From: Escherichia phage EscoHU1
Direction: 5' to 3' (one strand)
Length of the DNA: 64,000 nucleotides
Sequence record: NC_133119.1
Part shown: in pieces, positions 19,430-29,172 of the stretch
How positions within the stretch are numbered: position 1 is the first letter of the stretch
Layout of the letters: the number at the start of each line of letters is the position of its first letter
The notes under the pieces: generated by a model
Seen by the model: only the letters and a program-made list of their open reading frames with translations
Databases searched by the model: none
What the model was told of the DNA's origin: nothing
Position numbers and translations under genes: made by a program

Positions 19430-19846
19430 TTAGTGTGCTTGATGTGGGAATCTCTTCCTAACTAAGTACATAGTTATTGGATATATTGAATACATAAGTA
19501 TAGGGGAGAAAAGGGTGAAATAAGCCGTGACTCCCCCAGCTAACATTAGTGGTATCAATGCTAGAGTAAGGGCCATAAGAATCATACCGAATGAGACAGC
19601 CAGGGCTACTGTGATGCAGTTCTCTAACTCCATCCAAAGCCAACAATATTTCGTATTCCTCTGGCAGTTGCATTTGCAAACGCCGAATGTGCCCATAATT
19701 ATATACTCTAGCCCATGAACGACTTTCTTTAATGTATCATTTTGGGTAACTAGTGCGACAACAGTGAGAATTATCATTAAGATGAAAATTACTAGGCTTA
19801 TTTTCCATATTCCTAGTAATATCATGGTGAATAGTTCTGCAAACAT
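19430..19846 (-). CDS. multi-pass membrane protein (Cys-rich loop)
   Basis: 138 aa, 3-4 TM segments. Confidence 0.45.
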   Translation of the reverse strand: MFAELFTMILLGIWKISLVIFILMIILTVVALVTQNDTLKKVVHGLEYIIMGTFGVCKCNCQRNTKYCWLWMELENCITVALAVSFGMILMALTLALIPLMLAGGVTAYFTLFSPILMYSIYPITMYLVRKRFPHQAH

Positions 19847-19892
19847 GGCTTTCTCCTATCATTAAGTTTTTAAAGCCCCCTTTGCTTTAAAA

Positions 19893-19912
19893 GGCGGGAA
19901 TTACCCCGCCTT
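19893..19912 (-). terminator. rho-independent terminator after endolysin gene
   Basis: GGCGGG-AATTA-CCCCGCC hairpin then T-run on minus strand. Confidence 0.5.
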
Positions 19913-19921
19913 GATTTATTA

Positions 19922-20335
19922 TCAGACTAATTCTACGTGACCACCGTCGTAAGTACCACGATCGATCTCATCATGATAATCACCAGAACTATTCCAGTCG
20001 GCACCAAAACGAAGTTTGACACCAAGTTCCTTACCGGCTTGTTCAAAAGCCTTCTTAACAGCCCAAAATGCTTCCAGATCTTTCCAATCAATCTTTCCAT
20101 TAATATATGGTGCAAAATCGATAGCGTCTCCAGTTACATGCTTACTCTTGCTAGGGTCTTTCAAAAATGAAGTACCATTAGCAATGTTTTGGGCACTTTG
20201 TGCTACTGTACGAATACCCTGTACGATTGTGAAATCATATGGAGATAATTCTAAAGCCCTACGAGCTACCTTCTGTAGCTCGGGCTTAACAGTTGCTAAT
20301 TGTTTTTCGCTATTTTTACCAAATTTAAAACTCAT
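19922..20335 (-). CDS. lys: endolysin, L-alanyl-D-glutamate peptidase-like
   Basis: 137 aa; HVTGDAIDF and DGGHVE Zn-peptidase motifs; size matches T5 endolysin. Confidence 0.8.
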   Translation of the reverse strand: MSFKFGKNSEKQLATVKPELQKVARRALELSPYDFTIVQGIRTVAQSAQNIANGTSFLKDPSKSKHVTGDAIDFAPYINGKIDWKDLEAFWAVKKAFEQAGKELGVKLRFGADWNSSGDYHDEIDRGTYDGGHVELV

Positions 20336-20988
20336 ATAGATCTACCTAATGATCTTTGCTGCGGTGAGCAAAGCTTTGTTAAGTACTCATTAAATTGTTC
20401 CGAGTCAGCTGTATCTACGGGTTTATCCTTCCAGGCAATACCTATGTATCCAGCATAGATATTATTTAGGTTGAAATACGGACAAGTGTAGACGTAATTA
20501 AAAGTAACGTTCTTAAACGCGGGTATATTTGACCCCATATATTTATTTACTTTTACACTTAAATCCGAAGCATAGTTAAAGCCTTCCAGGTGACGTCTAT
20601 AAAGTTCAGACGTCTTGTTTACTGCTTTATCGGCCAAGTCAGCCCTATCCAATTGCGCATTGCTTTCCCATGCAATAATGTTCGAATAATCGTTTATAGC
20701 ATCGGGTTTATACTTGACTACAAAAACAGCATCCGCACCCGTCTGAGAGAAAAGAACCATGCTCTTTTCTCGTGCTACATTAGGAAAGTTATCTATCCTT
20801 TGGGTTTGAACATCCTGTAAAACCGCAGACGTGGAGAAAGTCTTTAAAAATGACATCACCTCGCTAGTGTTACTTACAAACAAGAAAATAATGACAGCAA
20901 CTAAGATAGTTAGCAGACGTTTTAGTAGCGAAGCTGGATCTTTCGCTTCTTGGAGCAGTACCGTTAATAGTTGTAGAAACTTTTCCAC
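20332..20988 (-). CDS. putative holin / membrane protein upstream of endolysin
   Basis: 218 aa with one TM segment; stop overlaps lys start. Confidence 0.45.
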   Translation of the reverse strand: MEKFLQLLTVLLQEAKDPASLLKRLLTILVAVIIFLFVSNTSEVMSFLKTFSTSAVLQDVQTQRIDNFPNVAREKSMVLFSQTGADAVFVVKYKPDAINDYSNIIAWESNAQLDRADLADKAVNKTSELYRRHLEGFNYASDLSVKVNKYMGSNIPAFKNVTFNYVYTCPYFNLNNIYAGYIGIAWKDKPVDTADSEQFNEYLTKLCSPQQRSLGRSI

Positions 20989-21112
20989 TTGTAACCTCCT
21001 CTAACCATTACCATTATACTAATTCTAGAGGAAAATTACAATGTGTTTTTAAAGATCACTTATGGAGCACAATTTTTTGTCGTTGTCAAGAAGAATTTTA
21101 GGCAAAAGAAAA

Positions 21113-21134
21113 GCCAGAGTCGTTAAACTCTGGC
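21113..21134 (-). terminator. rho-independent terminator
   Basis: GCCAGAGT-loop-ACTCTGGC then TTTTCTTTTG on minus strand. Confidence 0.55.
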
Positions 21135-21144
21135 TTAAAACTAC

Positions 21145-21744
21145 TTACACTTCTCCATGTTCTTCTGGGTGCGGAGCTTGAGCTTTACTATATTGCTCTT
21201 TGCGATAATTCGCCAAAATTTCAATACGCTTATTGATTTCTTTGCTGTTGAGGTAGATATTCTTATTCTCTTTTACCATGTCCTCGATCTCGTCAATAGA
21301 GAAGAACGGGAAGTAAACATCGAGCATCATATCTTCTACAAACTGGTTGTAAGATTCATAGGCTTTCTTGATTTCTTGACCTTTCTCACAGAATCCGCCA
21401 GAGAACGTATGCCCCATAAGCGTAGCATGTGGATGTACAACCCAACCGTGGCAAGACAGGAAGATTGTGCAGTAAGCAGAAGCACTAGGACCGAGCAGGT
21501 GTCCAATAACCGTTCCACGACAGTTAGCGATTAAGTTAGATAGTTGTGCAGCAGTATCAACGTAACCACCAGGCCCATTAATCATCAGATTAATTTCATC
21601 ATCTTCACCAGCCTGCATCAGTATCATGGATAGGTCACGATACTCATCCGGTGAGCCTAATTCTTCATCAAAGAAAAAGGTATATTCGTTAGATTGGCGA
21701 ACAGTGTGAAACAGGTTAGTCTTTTCTTCTTTCTTATTAGTCAT
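21145..21744 (-). CDS. ClpP-like serine protease
   Basis: 199 aa; GPGGYVD and GPSASA segments resemble ClpP/S14 fold. Confidence 0.5.
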   Translation of the reverse strand: MTNKKEEKTNLFHTVRQSNEYTFFFDEELGSPDEYRDLSMILMQAGEDDEINLMINGPGGYVDTAAQLSNLIANCRGTVIGHLLGPSASAYCTIFLSCHGWVVHPHATLMGHTFSGGFCEKGQEIKKAYESYNQFVEDMMLDVYFPFFSIDEIEDMVKENKNIYLNSKEINKRIEILANYRKEQYSKAQAPHPEEHGEV

Positions 21745-21756
21745 AGTGATCCTTAA

Positions 21757-22509
21757 TTATCCAACTAGTGGTTCTAGCTCTAAGTCACAGAAGTGATACA
21801 CATCGGTACGAAGTGCATCAAGTCCGTTGAAGGTATTCTCAAATTTATGAGAAATGTATTTTTCAGGAATACCGCTTTCAGACGGATGATCTGTCTCGAT
21901 GCGATACTTATTAGTAATACCAGATTCAACCTTAATAAGCATGGAATCCATATCTAGAGTATTGGTTTCCATGATTAGCTCTCCCTCATTGGGGAAACGC
22001 ACATCGGTAACGATTGCGACGTCTGGGTCGTCTTTATCGATGGATTGCTCCAGAATTATGAGCCAAATGCGTTCATGCACCAGCTGCCTTCCTAACTCAG
22101 TACCTACAAGCTGTAGCATTTTTCTTGGGGAGATAAACACGCTATACAGCGCATCATCAGCTTGCCCAATTAACTGCTGAGGATCAAGGTATTTTCCTTC
22201 AAAAATCGGCCAAACGTACGAGAAGTCCTCAAACTTATCGATACCATACTTAAACCATACGTCTCTAGCTCGCTCCAATTGAGATTGTGTGACCGTAAAC
22301 CATTGGTCAATCTCTTTTCCCCTGCGCTCTCCCAGAAACTCTGGAGTTACCCCGAGGATTACGGATGCAAGTTCGTAAACTGGTTTAGCAAAACTGTAAC
22401 GACGGGATAAACACGTTGGGAACGTGTCATTACACCAGTCAATCATTAATTCTGCAACGGTATCTTTTCCCGCACCAGCCTCACCATGTAAACCGACTAA
22501 TACTGACAT
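21757..22509 (-). CDS. dnk: deoxynucleoside monophosphate kinase
   Basis: 250 aa; P-loop GEAGAGKDT; size matches T5 dNMP kinase. Confidence 0.7.
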   Translation of the reverse strand: MSVLVGLHGEAGAGKDTVAELMIDWCNDTFPTCLSRRYSFAKPVYELASVILGVTPEFLGERRGKEIDQWFTVTQSQLERARDVWFKYGIDKFEDFSYVWPIFEGKYLDPQQLIGQADDALYSVFISPRKMLQLVGTELGRQLVHERIWLIILEQSIDKDDPDVAIVTDVRFPNEGELIMETNTLDMDSMLIKVESGITNKYRIETDHPSESGIPEKYISHKFENTFNGLDALRTDVYHFCDLELEPLVG

Positions 22510-22862
22510 TAATCTTTCCTATTTGTAATGGGTGGATAGTAAACTAAGCAACGTTTTTCTTGTAAATCTTGACGATAGAAGCAAACCATACCAGTCAGTC
22601 GTGAAATGTAAGAGTAAACTGCTTCCTCGCATTTTGCTTTTGCATTCCAATCTTTGTAAGGTACAACAACTACTACGCCATCTTCGCCATTTGTAGCTAA
22701 TTTCTTTTCGAATTTGAAATCAAAGCTACACGGCTGAAGTCCTTTAGGCCAGTCAACATGGGCTTGCTTTAACTCGTGTGAAGGCTCTGGTTTTATTTCT
22801 TCTGCACAGCCTGTGATTGTGATTGCGGCTGCGAGCAGTACTCCAAGTTTCCAGTTAAACAT
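22509..22862 (-). CDS. putative lipoprotein
   Basis: 117 aa; lipobox ITGC. Confidence 0.5.
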   Translation of the reverse strand: MFNWKLGVLLAAAITITGCAEEIKPEPSHELKQAHVDWPKGLQPCSFDFKFEKKLATNGEDGVVVVVPYKDWNAKAKCEEAVYSYISRLTGMVCFYRQDLQEKRCLVYYPPITNRKD

Positions 22863-23242
22863 GCTAATCTTTCCTCGAACTCCTTACTCTGCTTTTTAGC
22901 AATTAATGTAACCAATCCAGGCTTTGCAGCTATAATGTCTTGACGACTAAGTGCTTTATCAAGCTGACTAATTTTCTTGTCTAGATCTGCTTGGGAAACA
23001 TTATTCATTGTGAAATACTGATTCATACGAGTTTCACGAAGTTCACTCTCAGCTTTCACATTATTAAGGGAAGTCTCTAGGGACGTAATCTTTTTAGTAG
23101 CTACTGCAAGATCACCTGCTAGAGTCTCAACCTTATTTACTAAGTGATAAGCACCGAATCCGATGCCTATCGCTAGACCTGCTCCCAGGATATACCACTT
23201 ACCTTGCCATATTCCTGAAAGAAGTTTTTGTATCAAATCCAT
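22793..23242 (-). CDS. membrane-anchored coiled-coil protein
   Basis: 149 aa ORF. Confidence 0.45.
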   Translation of the reverse strand: MDLIQKLLSGIWQGKWYILGAGLAIGIGFGAYHLVNKVETLAGDLAVATKKITSLETSLNNVKAESELRETRMNQYFTMNNVSQADLDKKISQLDKALSRQDIIAAKPGLVTLIAKKQSKEFEERLACLTGNLEYCSQPQSQSQAVQKK

Positions 23243-23897
23243 GTGCTGCTAACCTGTCTTTATCTGATACGGTAATCATATCAGGCTCACCAGTTCCTAG
23301 TACACCGAAGATATACTGTTCGAGAACTTGGTGTAAACGGTATAAGTTACTTTCAATTTCCTGCCACGGAATACCTGACTGGTGGAAACGAATGTTTGTC
23401 TGAATTACGAAGTTACGAACATCATCGTTATCGTTCTTCTTAATACCTTTCACATATGCAATTGGTACGCGCAGTTCAGATAAGATACGTTCTGCTTTAG
23501 GTTTTGCTTCAACCAACATATCTCGCATGGTTTCACGAACATCACCACGATTCTTGTCTAGTAAGTAAGAACGGGCATGTAATCCCATTTCTTCCATTTT
23601 ATCAAATACAGCATCGATGTTGAACGTTTTGAAACTGAATGCCGGATGCCAGCAGGACAGCTCATGTAACCAGTAAACTTCACCTGCAATAAACAGCGGA
23701 TTTACTGAGTATTCGAAATCACCACGGAAGGATAAGGAACCTTCACGAAACACCTGACGATTATGAACAATATTCTTTTCTACATCGTCGGTTACTTTTA
23801 CTAGCAGCTCTTCAGTTTTACGCTCCCAGACACGATCTGGATCAAATAAACTATTCTGCAAATCGTATACATCATTGAACTTTGAAATGATTCTCAT
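23199..23897 (-). CDS. hypothetical protein
   Basis: 232 aa ORF. Confidence 0.5.
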   Translation of the reverse strand: MRIISKFNDVYDLQNSLFDPDRVWERKTEELLVKVTDDVEKNIVHNRQVFREGSLSFRGDFEYSVNPLFIAGEVYWLHELSCWHPAFSFKTFNIDAVFDKMEEMGLHARSYLLDKNRGDVRETMRDMLVEAKPKAERILSELRVPIAYVKGIKKNDNDDVRNFVIQTNIRFHQSGIPWQEIESNLYRLHQVLEQYIFGVLGTGEPDMITVSDKDRLAAHGFDTKTSFRNMAR

Positions 23898-23928
23898 AAA
23901 TTATCCTTTTGCCTCAATCTATAAACAT

Positions 23929-23957
23929 ATTATACAATACTTGTGGCATCTGAGCAA
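23929..23957 (-). promoter_or_regulatory. early sigma70 promoter (-35 TTGCTC, -10 TATAAT)
   Basis: 17-bp spacer. Confidence 0.6.
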
Positions 23958-23979
23958 CTGAAATTTTATTACAAAAATA

Positions 23980-24006
23980 GCCCAGTCGCAAAATTGCAGG
24001 CTGGGC
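23980..24006. terminator. hairpin terminator (GCCCAG-loop-CTGGGC)
   Basis: T-rich on both sides. Confidence 0.5.
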
Positions 24007-24042
24007 TTTGTCATTATTATTCTTGCTAGGAGGTGATTATCA

Positions 24043-24432
24043 TCACTCTTGTTTACTTAATTCTCTAGCACGACGTAGCGATCCAGCGGTTCTCCATAGT
24101 TTAATGTCGTCAACAACTTCTTTGTAGGGAGCAATAGTAAGACCTAGCGGCCCCGCTACCAACAGTCCAAAGAAACCAATTACACGCATGTAAAGCAAGC
24201 ATTCTTTGGGAGTCATTGACTGGACAGCCTGTCTTTCCTCAGCACTGTCGAACTCGTGTTCTTGATCGTCTAAACGTAGGTACTTAATAAACCATTCAGC
24301 AGAATATTCATCCAGATGACGAATAACTGCAATAGCATAGCCTAAACCAATAATAAACCATGCTGCTACAATGAATAAAATAAAGCTCATGATATCTCCA
24401 GTTAAAGTTGAGGTCAGCGACCAACTCACCAC
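24043..24432 (-). CDS. membrane protein
   Basis: 129 aa ORF. Confidence 0.45.
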   Translation of the reverse strand: MVSWSLTSTLTGDIMSFILFIVAAWFIIGLGYAIAVIRHLDEYSAEWFIKYLRLDDQEHEFDSAEERQAVQSMTPKECLLYMRVIGFFGLLVAGPLGLTIAPYKEVVDDIKLWRTAGSLRRARELSKQE

Positions 24433-24506
24433 TTACCGCACTAAGGGGCACGACTCCCTTATCCGTAACAGTTGCAGGTGACGCAACTCGGTCCTACGCG
24501 AGTTCT

Positions 24507-24791
24507 TTACTTGCTCTGCATTTCAGCGCGAAACTTTTTCATCTTACGAGTTTTACGGAAGAAGAAGTAAGTAGCTACTGGCCCGAACAAGGTGTCCATG
24601 ATAAGCATACCTGACATAATGAATTTGAACATCTTTTCATCGTCAAATTCTGCTAATTCTGGTGGACGATATTTGTTTATAACATAAAGAATAACATCTT
24701 TATTTTTAGAGATATACAGATCATCAATCAGGCTGTAAATCGCGACAACTGCACCAATAACAAACCACAAAGCAAATGGAGAGATAATCAT
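24507..24791 (-). CDS. membrane protein
   Basis: 94 aa ORF. Confidence 0.4.
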   Translation of the reverse strand: MIISPFALWFVIGAVVAIYSLIDDLYISKNKDVILYVINKYRPPELAEFDDEKMFKFIMSGMLIMDTLFGPVATYFFFRKTRKMKKFRAEMQSK

Positions 24792-25081
24792 TTAAGATCC
24801 TTTTCATCAATTAGAATAGTAACAAACAATGGTACACAACCTGGGCACAAATCTTTACCAAACTTTTCCATCACATCCCAAAGTGGTAAAGTAATCACAC
24901 CATTCTTAACTCTAGGATCTGTATACTCAGCTATTCGTTTATTTGCAAAATCAGTAGCTAAATCTGAGTTATGCTCGTAGCTATAATCAGTCCAGAATTT
25001 AACATGATCCTTTCTAAGATATTCTAGTACAGCATCAGTTGCTGGAATCTGTACTAGACTGTTGAGATTTAGCTCTTTCAC
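24788..25081 (-). CDS. hypothetical protein
   Basis: 97 aa ORF. Confidence 0.45.
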   Translation of the reverse strand: MKELNLNSLVQIPATDAVLEYLRKDHVKFWTDYSYEHNSDLATDFANKRIAEYTDPRVKNGVITLPLWDVMEKFGKDLCPGCVPLFVTILIDEKDLK

Positions 25082-25454
25082 GTTCTTCTCTCCGACGTTT
25101 GCGTTCTTTCATCATGTAAGCTGCTACAACTTCATGGTAGTAGTCGTTAATGTTACCTTCAGGCAAGAAATGCTTAATCGTTTCTAGCTGGCAGACAACA
25201 CGGTAAAGATGTTTATTTGGTAAACATAATTTCATGCCCATAACAAATCCAGAGAAGCCTGGAACACTGAACATGGGTTGGGCTTCTACGTTGCCCTCTG
25301 GATTGATACTAAGTTCAATCGAGATGCCCATTTTCATGCTATAAAGCTGACAGCCTTCACCCTTGCCAAATCTTGACCAAACAGTGAAGTCCTCATCTAT
25401 CTGATCTTGGATTTCTTCGACTGCATGTTTAATTCTAGGGTCTAAATTACTCAT
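25035..25454 (-). CDS. hypothetical protein
   Basis: Start moved to internal Met to limit overlap. Confidence 0.4.
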   Translation of the reverse strand: MSNLDPRIKHAVEEIQDQIDEDFTVWSRFGKGEGCQLYSMKMGISIELSINPEGNVEAQPMFSVPGFSGFVMGMKLCLPNKHLYRVVCQLETIKHFLPEGNINDYYHEVVAAYMMKERKRRREERERAKSQQSSTDSSN

Positions 25455-25812
25455 CTTCACCTTCAAAGCCGCAGTCATAACGGCAAGTAAAAGAATCAGA
25501 ACTATTAGTACGTTGAGTAGTGATTTCACCACGTTTACTAACAGTAATAGCCGGAGTAGAGAAGTTTTTATTAGTATAGATTTCTACTTTGCCATTACGT
25601 TCTTTAACATCACGTACTTTACCATATTCGGTGGTAATGCCGTTCTGCTGAACTTTAACATTACCATTTTTCATAGAAACTTTGGTAGATGCCAGAGAAC
25701 CGAAACTAACTGCTGAGATTACTAGAGCAATAATAAACTTATTCATCTTCATCGTCCTCTTTACAGTCACGGCATACATCATAATCATTGAAAGAATGTT
25801 CGTGAGCTTCAC
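25447..25812 (-). CDS. secreted protein (signal peptide)
   Basis: 121 aa ORF. Confidence 0.45.
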   Translation of the reverse strand: MKLTNILSMIMMYAVTVKRTMKMNKFIIALVISAVSFGSLASTKVSMKNGNVKVQQNGITTEYGKVRDVKERNGKVEIYTNKNFSTPAITVSKRGEITTQRTNSSDSFTCRYDCGFEGEDE

Positions 25813-26020
25813 ACCACCAAGAACAAGAATCGCACAAGAAAATTTCTGTTTTCTCTATTGCCTGTCCAAGCAGTTCGTCTGCTTCATCTTCTGTAATTTT
25901 CAAACTACAAACATCAGCAACACGTTTAACAATCATTTTACCTGCTTCATGATAAGACATACAAGTCCCAACAACATCATGCTCAAGTACGTGAACAGCA
26001 CAGTCTAGTCGAGTTTTCAT
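25739..26020 (-). CDS. Cys-rich acidic protein
   Basis: 93 aa ORF. Confidence 0.45.
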   Translation of the reverse strand: MKTRLDCAVHVLEHDVVGTCMSYHEAGKMIVKRVADVCSLKITEDEADELLGQAIEKTEIFLCDSCSWWCEAHEHSFNDYDVCRDCKEDDEDE

Positions 26021-26050
26021 TTCAAAGCCCTCTCATCAATTTATATAAAT

Positions 26051-26079
26051 ATTATATCAAAAGGAGAGGGTTTTAGCAA
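26051..26079 (-). promoter_or_regulatory. early sigma70 promoter (-35 TTGCTA, -10 TATAAT)
   Basis: 17-bp spacer. Confidence 0.7.
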
Positions 26080-26096
26080 ATGAATTATTTACGAAA

Positions 26097-26492
26097 TTAG
26101 TCGTAGCACCACCATAACCCACGCTTACGCAGATCATGATCGCGATTATAGTCGTAATTTTCTGGATCTTTCATCACACGATGAAGTTCGCGACGGTTTC
26201 CCTGACGAACCATTTTGTTAGAATGCCACTTAACATTCCTACTAACAGAATCCCACCAGTGCCCATCTTTCTTCTCGTTACGGATGATATTTTCCTGAAT
26301 CTCCTTCTCAATTTCATCCCAAGTTTTAGCCCATGCTTCATTGGATCGAACTTGATAATACTTCCACTGCTTACCATCCCTATCCGTGTAGATATACGGA
26401 ATACGGATATTAGTGCTATGAAAATTATAAGTAGAACGATGTGCATCACGCCAGTGACGATCACCAGATTGTTTACGATATGTACGGCTCAT
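26097..26492 (-). CDS. hypothetical basic protein
   Basis: 131 aa ORF. Confidence 0.45.
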   Translation of the reverse strand: MSRTYRKQSGDRHWRDAHRSTYNFHSTNIRIPYIYTDRDGKQWKYYQVRSNEAWAKTWDEIEKEIQENIIRNEKKDGHWWDSVSRNVKWHSNKMVRQGNRRELHRVMKDPENYDYNRDHDLRKRGLWWCYD

Positions 26493-26550
26493 ATTACCTC
26501 CATTAAGTCTTTTAAATTAACTTAATGTGGGCGAACTTCAAAATATAACA

Positions 26551-26736
26551 TCAGTAATCTCCGTTGTCGTTGTATACTACCCCACTGCTCGGGAGTTCTT
26601 CTACTGTCACATCCTCGAATTCTATAGAACTTCTATGGTTTCTAGCCAGTTCGATTGCTTCTTCTGCAGTTTCTGCAACGACAATAGCTGTACCACCTAA
26701 CCACAGGCCGCTATAGTTCACTTTAAAAATTTTCAT
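26551..26736 (-). CDS. hypothetical protein
   Basis: 61 aa ORF. Confidence 0.4.
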   Translation of the reverse strand: MKIFKVNYSGLWLGGTAIVVAETAEEAIELARNHRSSIEFEDVTVEELPSSGVVYNDNGDY

Positions 26737-26761
26737 TTCGAAAATCCTACATACAAGAAAA

Positions 26762-26789
26762 CCCCAGACTACTTATTCAATAGCTGGGG
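26762..26789 (-). terminator. hairpin terminator (CCCCAG-loop-CTGGGG)
   Basis: T-runs on both sides. Confidence 0.5.
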
Positions 26790-26800
26790 TTTATTATTAA

Positions 26801-27100
26801 TTAGATAATTTCGACAATATCCTGAGTTACAAAACCGTCGAATTCATCAGAGATACCACCTGTAAAGGTGATGCCCATAATCATTGCATCCATCTTTTTA
26901 ATCTCCGAGATTTTCATACCTGCTTTACTATTCTTATAGTATTTGCGAGGATTCCCACACATCCAACAAGAACAGATGCAAGGAGTGGTAGTGATAATGC
27001 CTAACCGCTTAGGACTTTCTTCATGTGGGAAGACTGTCCAATACTTTTTGCGATTGTTTTTCACACGTTGCCGGTGATGGCGTCTTAATGCTCGATCCAC
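26801..27100 (-). CDS. hypothetical protein
   Basis: 99 aa ORF. Confidence 0.45.
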   Translation of the reverse strand: MDRALRRHHRQRVKNNRKKYWTVFPHEESPKRLGIITTTPCICSCWMCGNPRKYYKNSKAGMKISEIKKMDAMIMGITFTGGISDEFDGFVTQDIVEII

Positions 27101-27181
27101 ACATTTCTCCTAAAACTTGGGAGATAAATGGAGTTTGCTCGACTACCTTGCGTAGCTGGGAGAAATCGTATCCAAACCCCA

Positions 27182-27550
27182 TTATATCGCCTGAGTAAAT
27201 GTACGACTAATAACGTCGTTCTGTTGTTCACGCGTCAATGCGTTAAATCGAACAGCATAGCCAGAGACACGGATGGTCAACTGAGGATATTTTTCAGGAT
27301 GTTTCTGTGCATCCAAAAGCTGATCACGGCTTAACACATTGACATTTAGGTGCTGACCACCCTCGACTTGAGGAACCACTTCCACATCTACAATGCGAAA
27401 GGCCTCAGGGTCAAAGTGAGGTGTGATACCTTCTAGATCTTCGACTAGAACTTTCTGTTTAAGTTCACCATCTTTAGAATATAGTTGAATGATCTGATTG
27501 TTATGAACAATGTTAATTACGCCAGACTTAAGACTTTGATATGCTTTCAT
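27182..27550 (-). CDS. grcA: autonomous glycyl radical cofactor (GrcA/YfiD-like)
   Basis: 122 aa; C-terminus [12 protein letters not shown]...[20 protein letters not shown] matches glycyl-radical domain; T4 Y06I is an analogous phage case. Confidence 0.8.
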   Translation of the reverse strand: MKAYQSLKSGVINIVHNNQIIQLYSKDGELKQKVLVEDLEGITPHFDPEAFRIVDVEVVPQVEGGQHLNVNVLSRDQLLDAQKHPEKYPQLTIRVSGYAVRFNALTREQQNDVISRTFTQAI

Positions 27551-27922
27551 TAGATCTCCCTGATGTTAGAATTTGGCTCAGCTTTTTGTTAACCCAGAAG
27601 CAAGATAAAAACTGGAAGGCAGGCTTGCTTATTATCTAATCACTAGCTACTGTTGGGGTGCTAGCATTCCGGTGAGATTGATGGTCTCGATTAGATAAAT
27701 AAGCACTGGAACTTTGATTTTAACGTTGCGATCTTCCAGGTCTGTTGCAACTACGTGATTGCTCACGCTAAGACAATGGCTATCTAAAGCCCTAGCTTCT
27801 ACATTTATACTCCTGGATAGCATGGAGTTGCAGTCTACTTCCTGCTGTCACGCCCGGCCATTTATAGAATGTGGACTCTCTTCTCAGCAGGATCTGGTAC
27901 AATGACCTGATCCTCTGTTTAG

Positions 27923-27995
27923 TAGTTAGTAGTGGATTTGAACCACTGTAGTCACTCCGTATGAAGGAGGTGCATAACCACTCTGCCAACTAACT
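27923..27995 (-). tRNA. tRNA, anticodon CAU (Met or Ile2); CCA not encoded
   Basis: Manual fold: acceptor AGTTAGT/ACTAACT, T-loop TTCAAAT, loop TTCATAC. Confidence 0.65.
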
Positions 27996-28001
27996 ATAAT
28001 T

Positions 28002-28077
28002 TGGTACTCCGACTTGGGATCGAACCAAGATTTGACGATTATCGGTCGCCTGTTCTAACCGTTTGAACTATCGGAGC
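28002..28077 (-). tRNA. tRNA-Ile (GAU), tentative
   Basis: Acceptor GCTCCGA/TCGGAGT, CCA encoded; loop CCGATAA (C33 unusual). Confidence 0.6.
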
Positions 28078-28078
28078 A

Positions 28079-28372
28079 TTACATCATTTCGTCTAAGTAA
28101 GAGGTATACTGGTATTTAGCTTCTCCAGTTTTATCTACTTCGACTTCTGTTCTAGGTACTTTTCGTACCAGACCATGAATCATCTTATAGTTAATAGACT
28201 TAGATGGTTCGTGATCTTTTGGAAATACTTGTTTAACCGTTACTACTTTGAAGCCTTCACGAGGTGTTAGCACAACAACTTGATCACCCTCTTTGATTTT
28301 CCAAGACTCAGGAAATTCGTAAGTGTAGCGTTGACCACCCGTTTGGAATACGACAGAAAGATAACGTTTCAT
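28079..28372 (-). CDS. hypothetical protein
   Basis: 97 aa ORF downstream of promoter. Confidence 0.45.
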   Translation of the reverse strand: MKRYLSVVFQTGGQRYTYEFPESWKIKEGDQVVVLTPREGFKVVTVKQVFPKDHEPSKSINYKMIHGLVRKVPRTEVEVDKTGEAKYQYTSYLDEMM

Positions 28373-28402
28373 TTGGTTTCCCTCTCATTAATTTATATAA
28401 AT

Positions 28403-28431
28403 ATTATAACAAGAAATAAGAGAGAAGGCAA
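28403..28431 (-). promoter_or_regulatory. early sigma70 promoter (-35 TTGCCT, -10 TATAAT)
   Basis: 17-bp spacer. Confidence 0.6.
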
Positions 28432-28446
28432 ATGAATTTTTAAATT

Positions 28447-28521
28447 TGGTGCTCCCACCAGGAATCGAACCCGGTTCAGATGCTTACAAGGCAACTGCAT
28501 CGCCAGCAATGCTTTAGGAGC
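28447..28521 (-). tRNA. tRNA-Thr (UGU)
   Basis: Full cloverleaf, loop CTTGTAA, CCA encoded. Confidence 0.7.
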
Positions 28522-28688
28522 AATAAACCCGTTATTTCAACGGAATTTCTTTTTCAAATACAGGAGACTTATCAGACATTACTGTCATAGCCAACTGTTG
28601 TAAGAATTCGAAGGAGAGTTTTAAACGTTCTTCACCCAACTCAACCTCAACGCACTTCATTTGTTTATCTACCTTTAGCTTTAGATTA

Positions 28689-28910
28689 TCAGCCATCTTC
28701 GGGTTCTCTTTGCTCAGCTATTGCTAGCCAGTCTGGTAAAAGAAACTTAGTACGAAATTCCTCATATGTTTCTTCTGGATGAAAACTATAGCCTTGCTTT
28801 TCATCATTTAATAAAACCGAACCATCTTCTTGCTCATAAGCTCGATATGTTTCACCAATAATTAAAACTCGTCTATTAGGGTTTTTATTACGAAACTCAA
28901 AAACGTGCAT
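28689..28910 (-). CDS. hypothetical protein
   Basis: 73 aa ORF. Confidence 0.4.
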   Translation of the reverse strand: MHVFEFRNKNPNRRVLIIGETYRAYEQEDGSVLLNDEKQGYSFHPEETYEEFRTKFLLPDWLAIAEQREPEDG

Positions 28911-28926
28911 AACGTTTCCTTATATT

Positions 28927-29001
28927 TGGTGCGGGATACGAGAGTCGAACTCGTGTCTACTGGTTGGAAGCCAGTTATTCTAGCCACTGAACTAATCACG
29001 C
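28927..29001 (-). tRNA. tRNA-Gly (UCC)
   Basis: Loop CTTCCAA, T-loop TTCGACT, CCA encoded. Confidence 0.75.
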
Positions 29002-29007
29002 ATAAAT

Positions 29008-29083
29008 TGGCTGGAGAAGGAGGAATCGAACCTACCATTAACGGAGTCAAAGGCCGTTGTGCTAACCGTTACACTACTCTCCA
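29008..29083 (-). tRNA. tRNA-Gln (UUG)
   Basis: U1:A72, G73, loop CTTTGAC. Confidence 0.7.
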
Positions 29084-29089
29084 AGTATT

Positions 29090-29165
29090 TGGCTGGGATG
29101 CCACGGATCGAACGTGGGACCTTCGGAGTCAGAGGCCGACGATCTGCCAATTGATCTACATCCCA
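29090..29165 (-). tRNA. tRNA-Gln (CUG)
   Basis: U1:A72, G73, loop CTCTGAC. Confidence 0.7.
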
Positions 29166-29172
29166 ATAATTT

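Noticed and set aside
19430-19846. Holin assignment for the multi-TM protein downstream of the endolysin
   Set aside because: A terminator separates it from the endolysin gene, and the 218-aa membrane protein upstream (20332-20988) overlaps the endolysin start, which is the more usual holin position; left as generic membrane protein.
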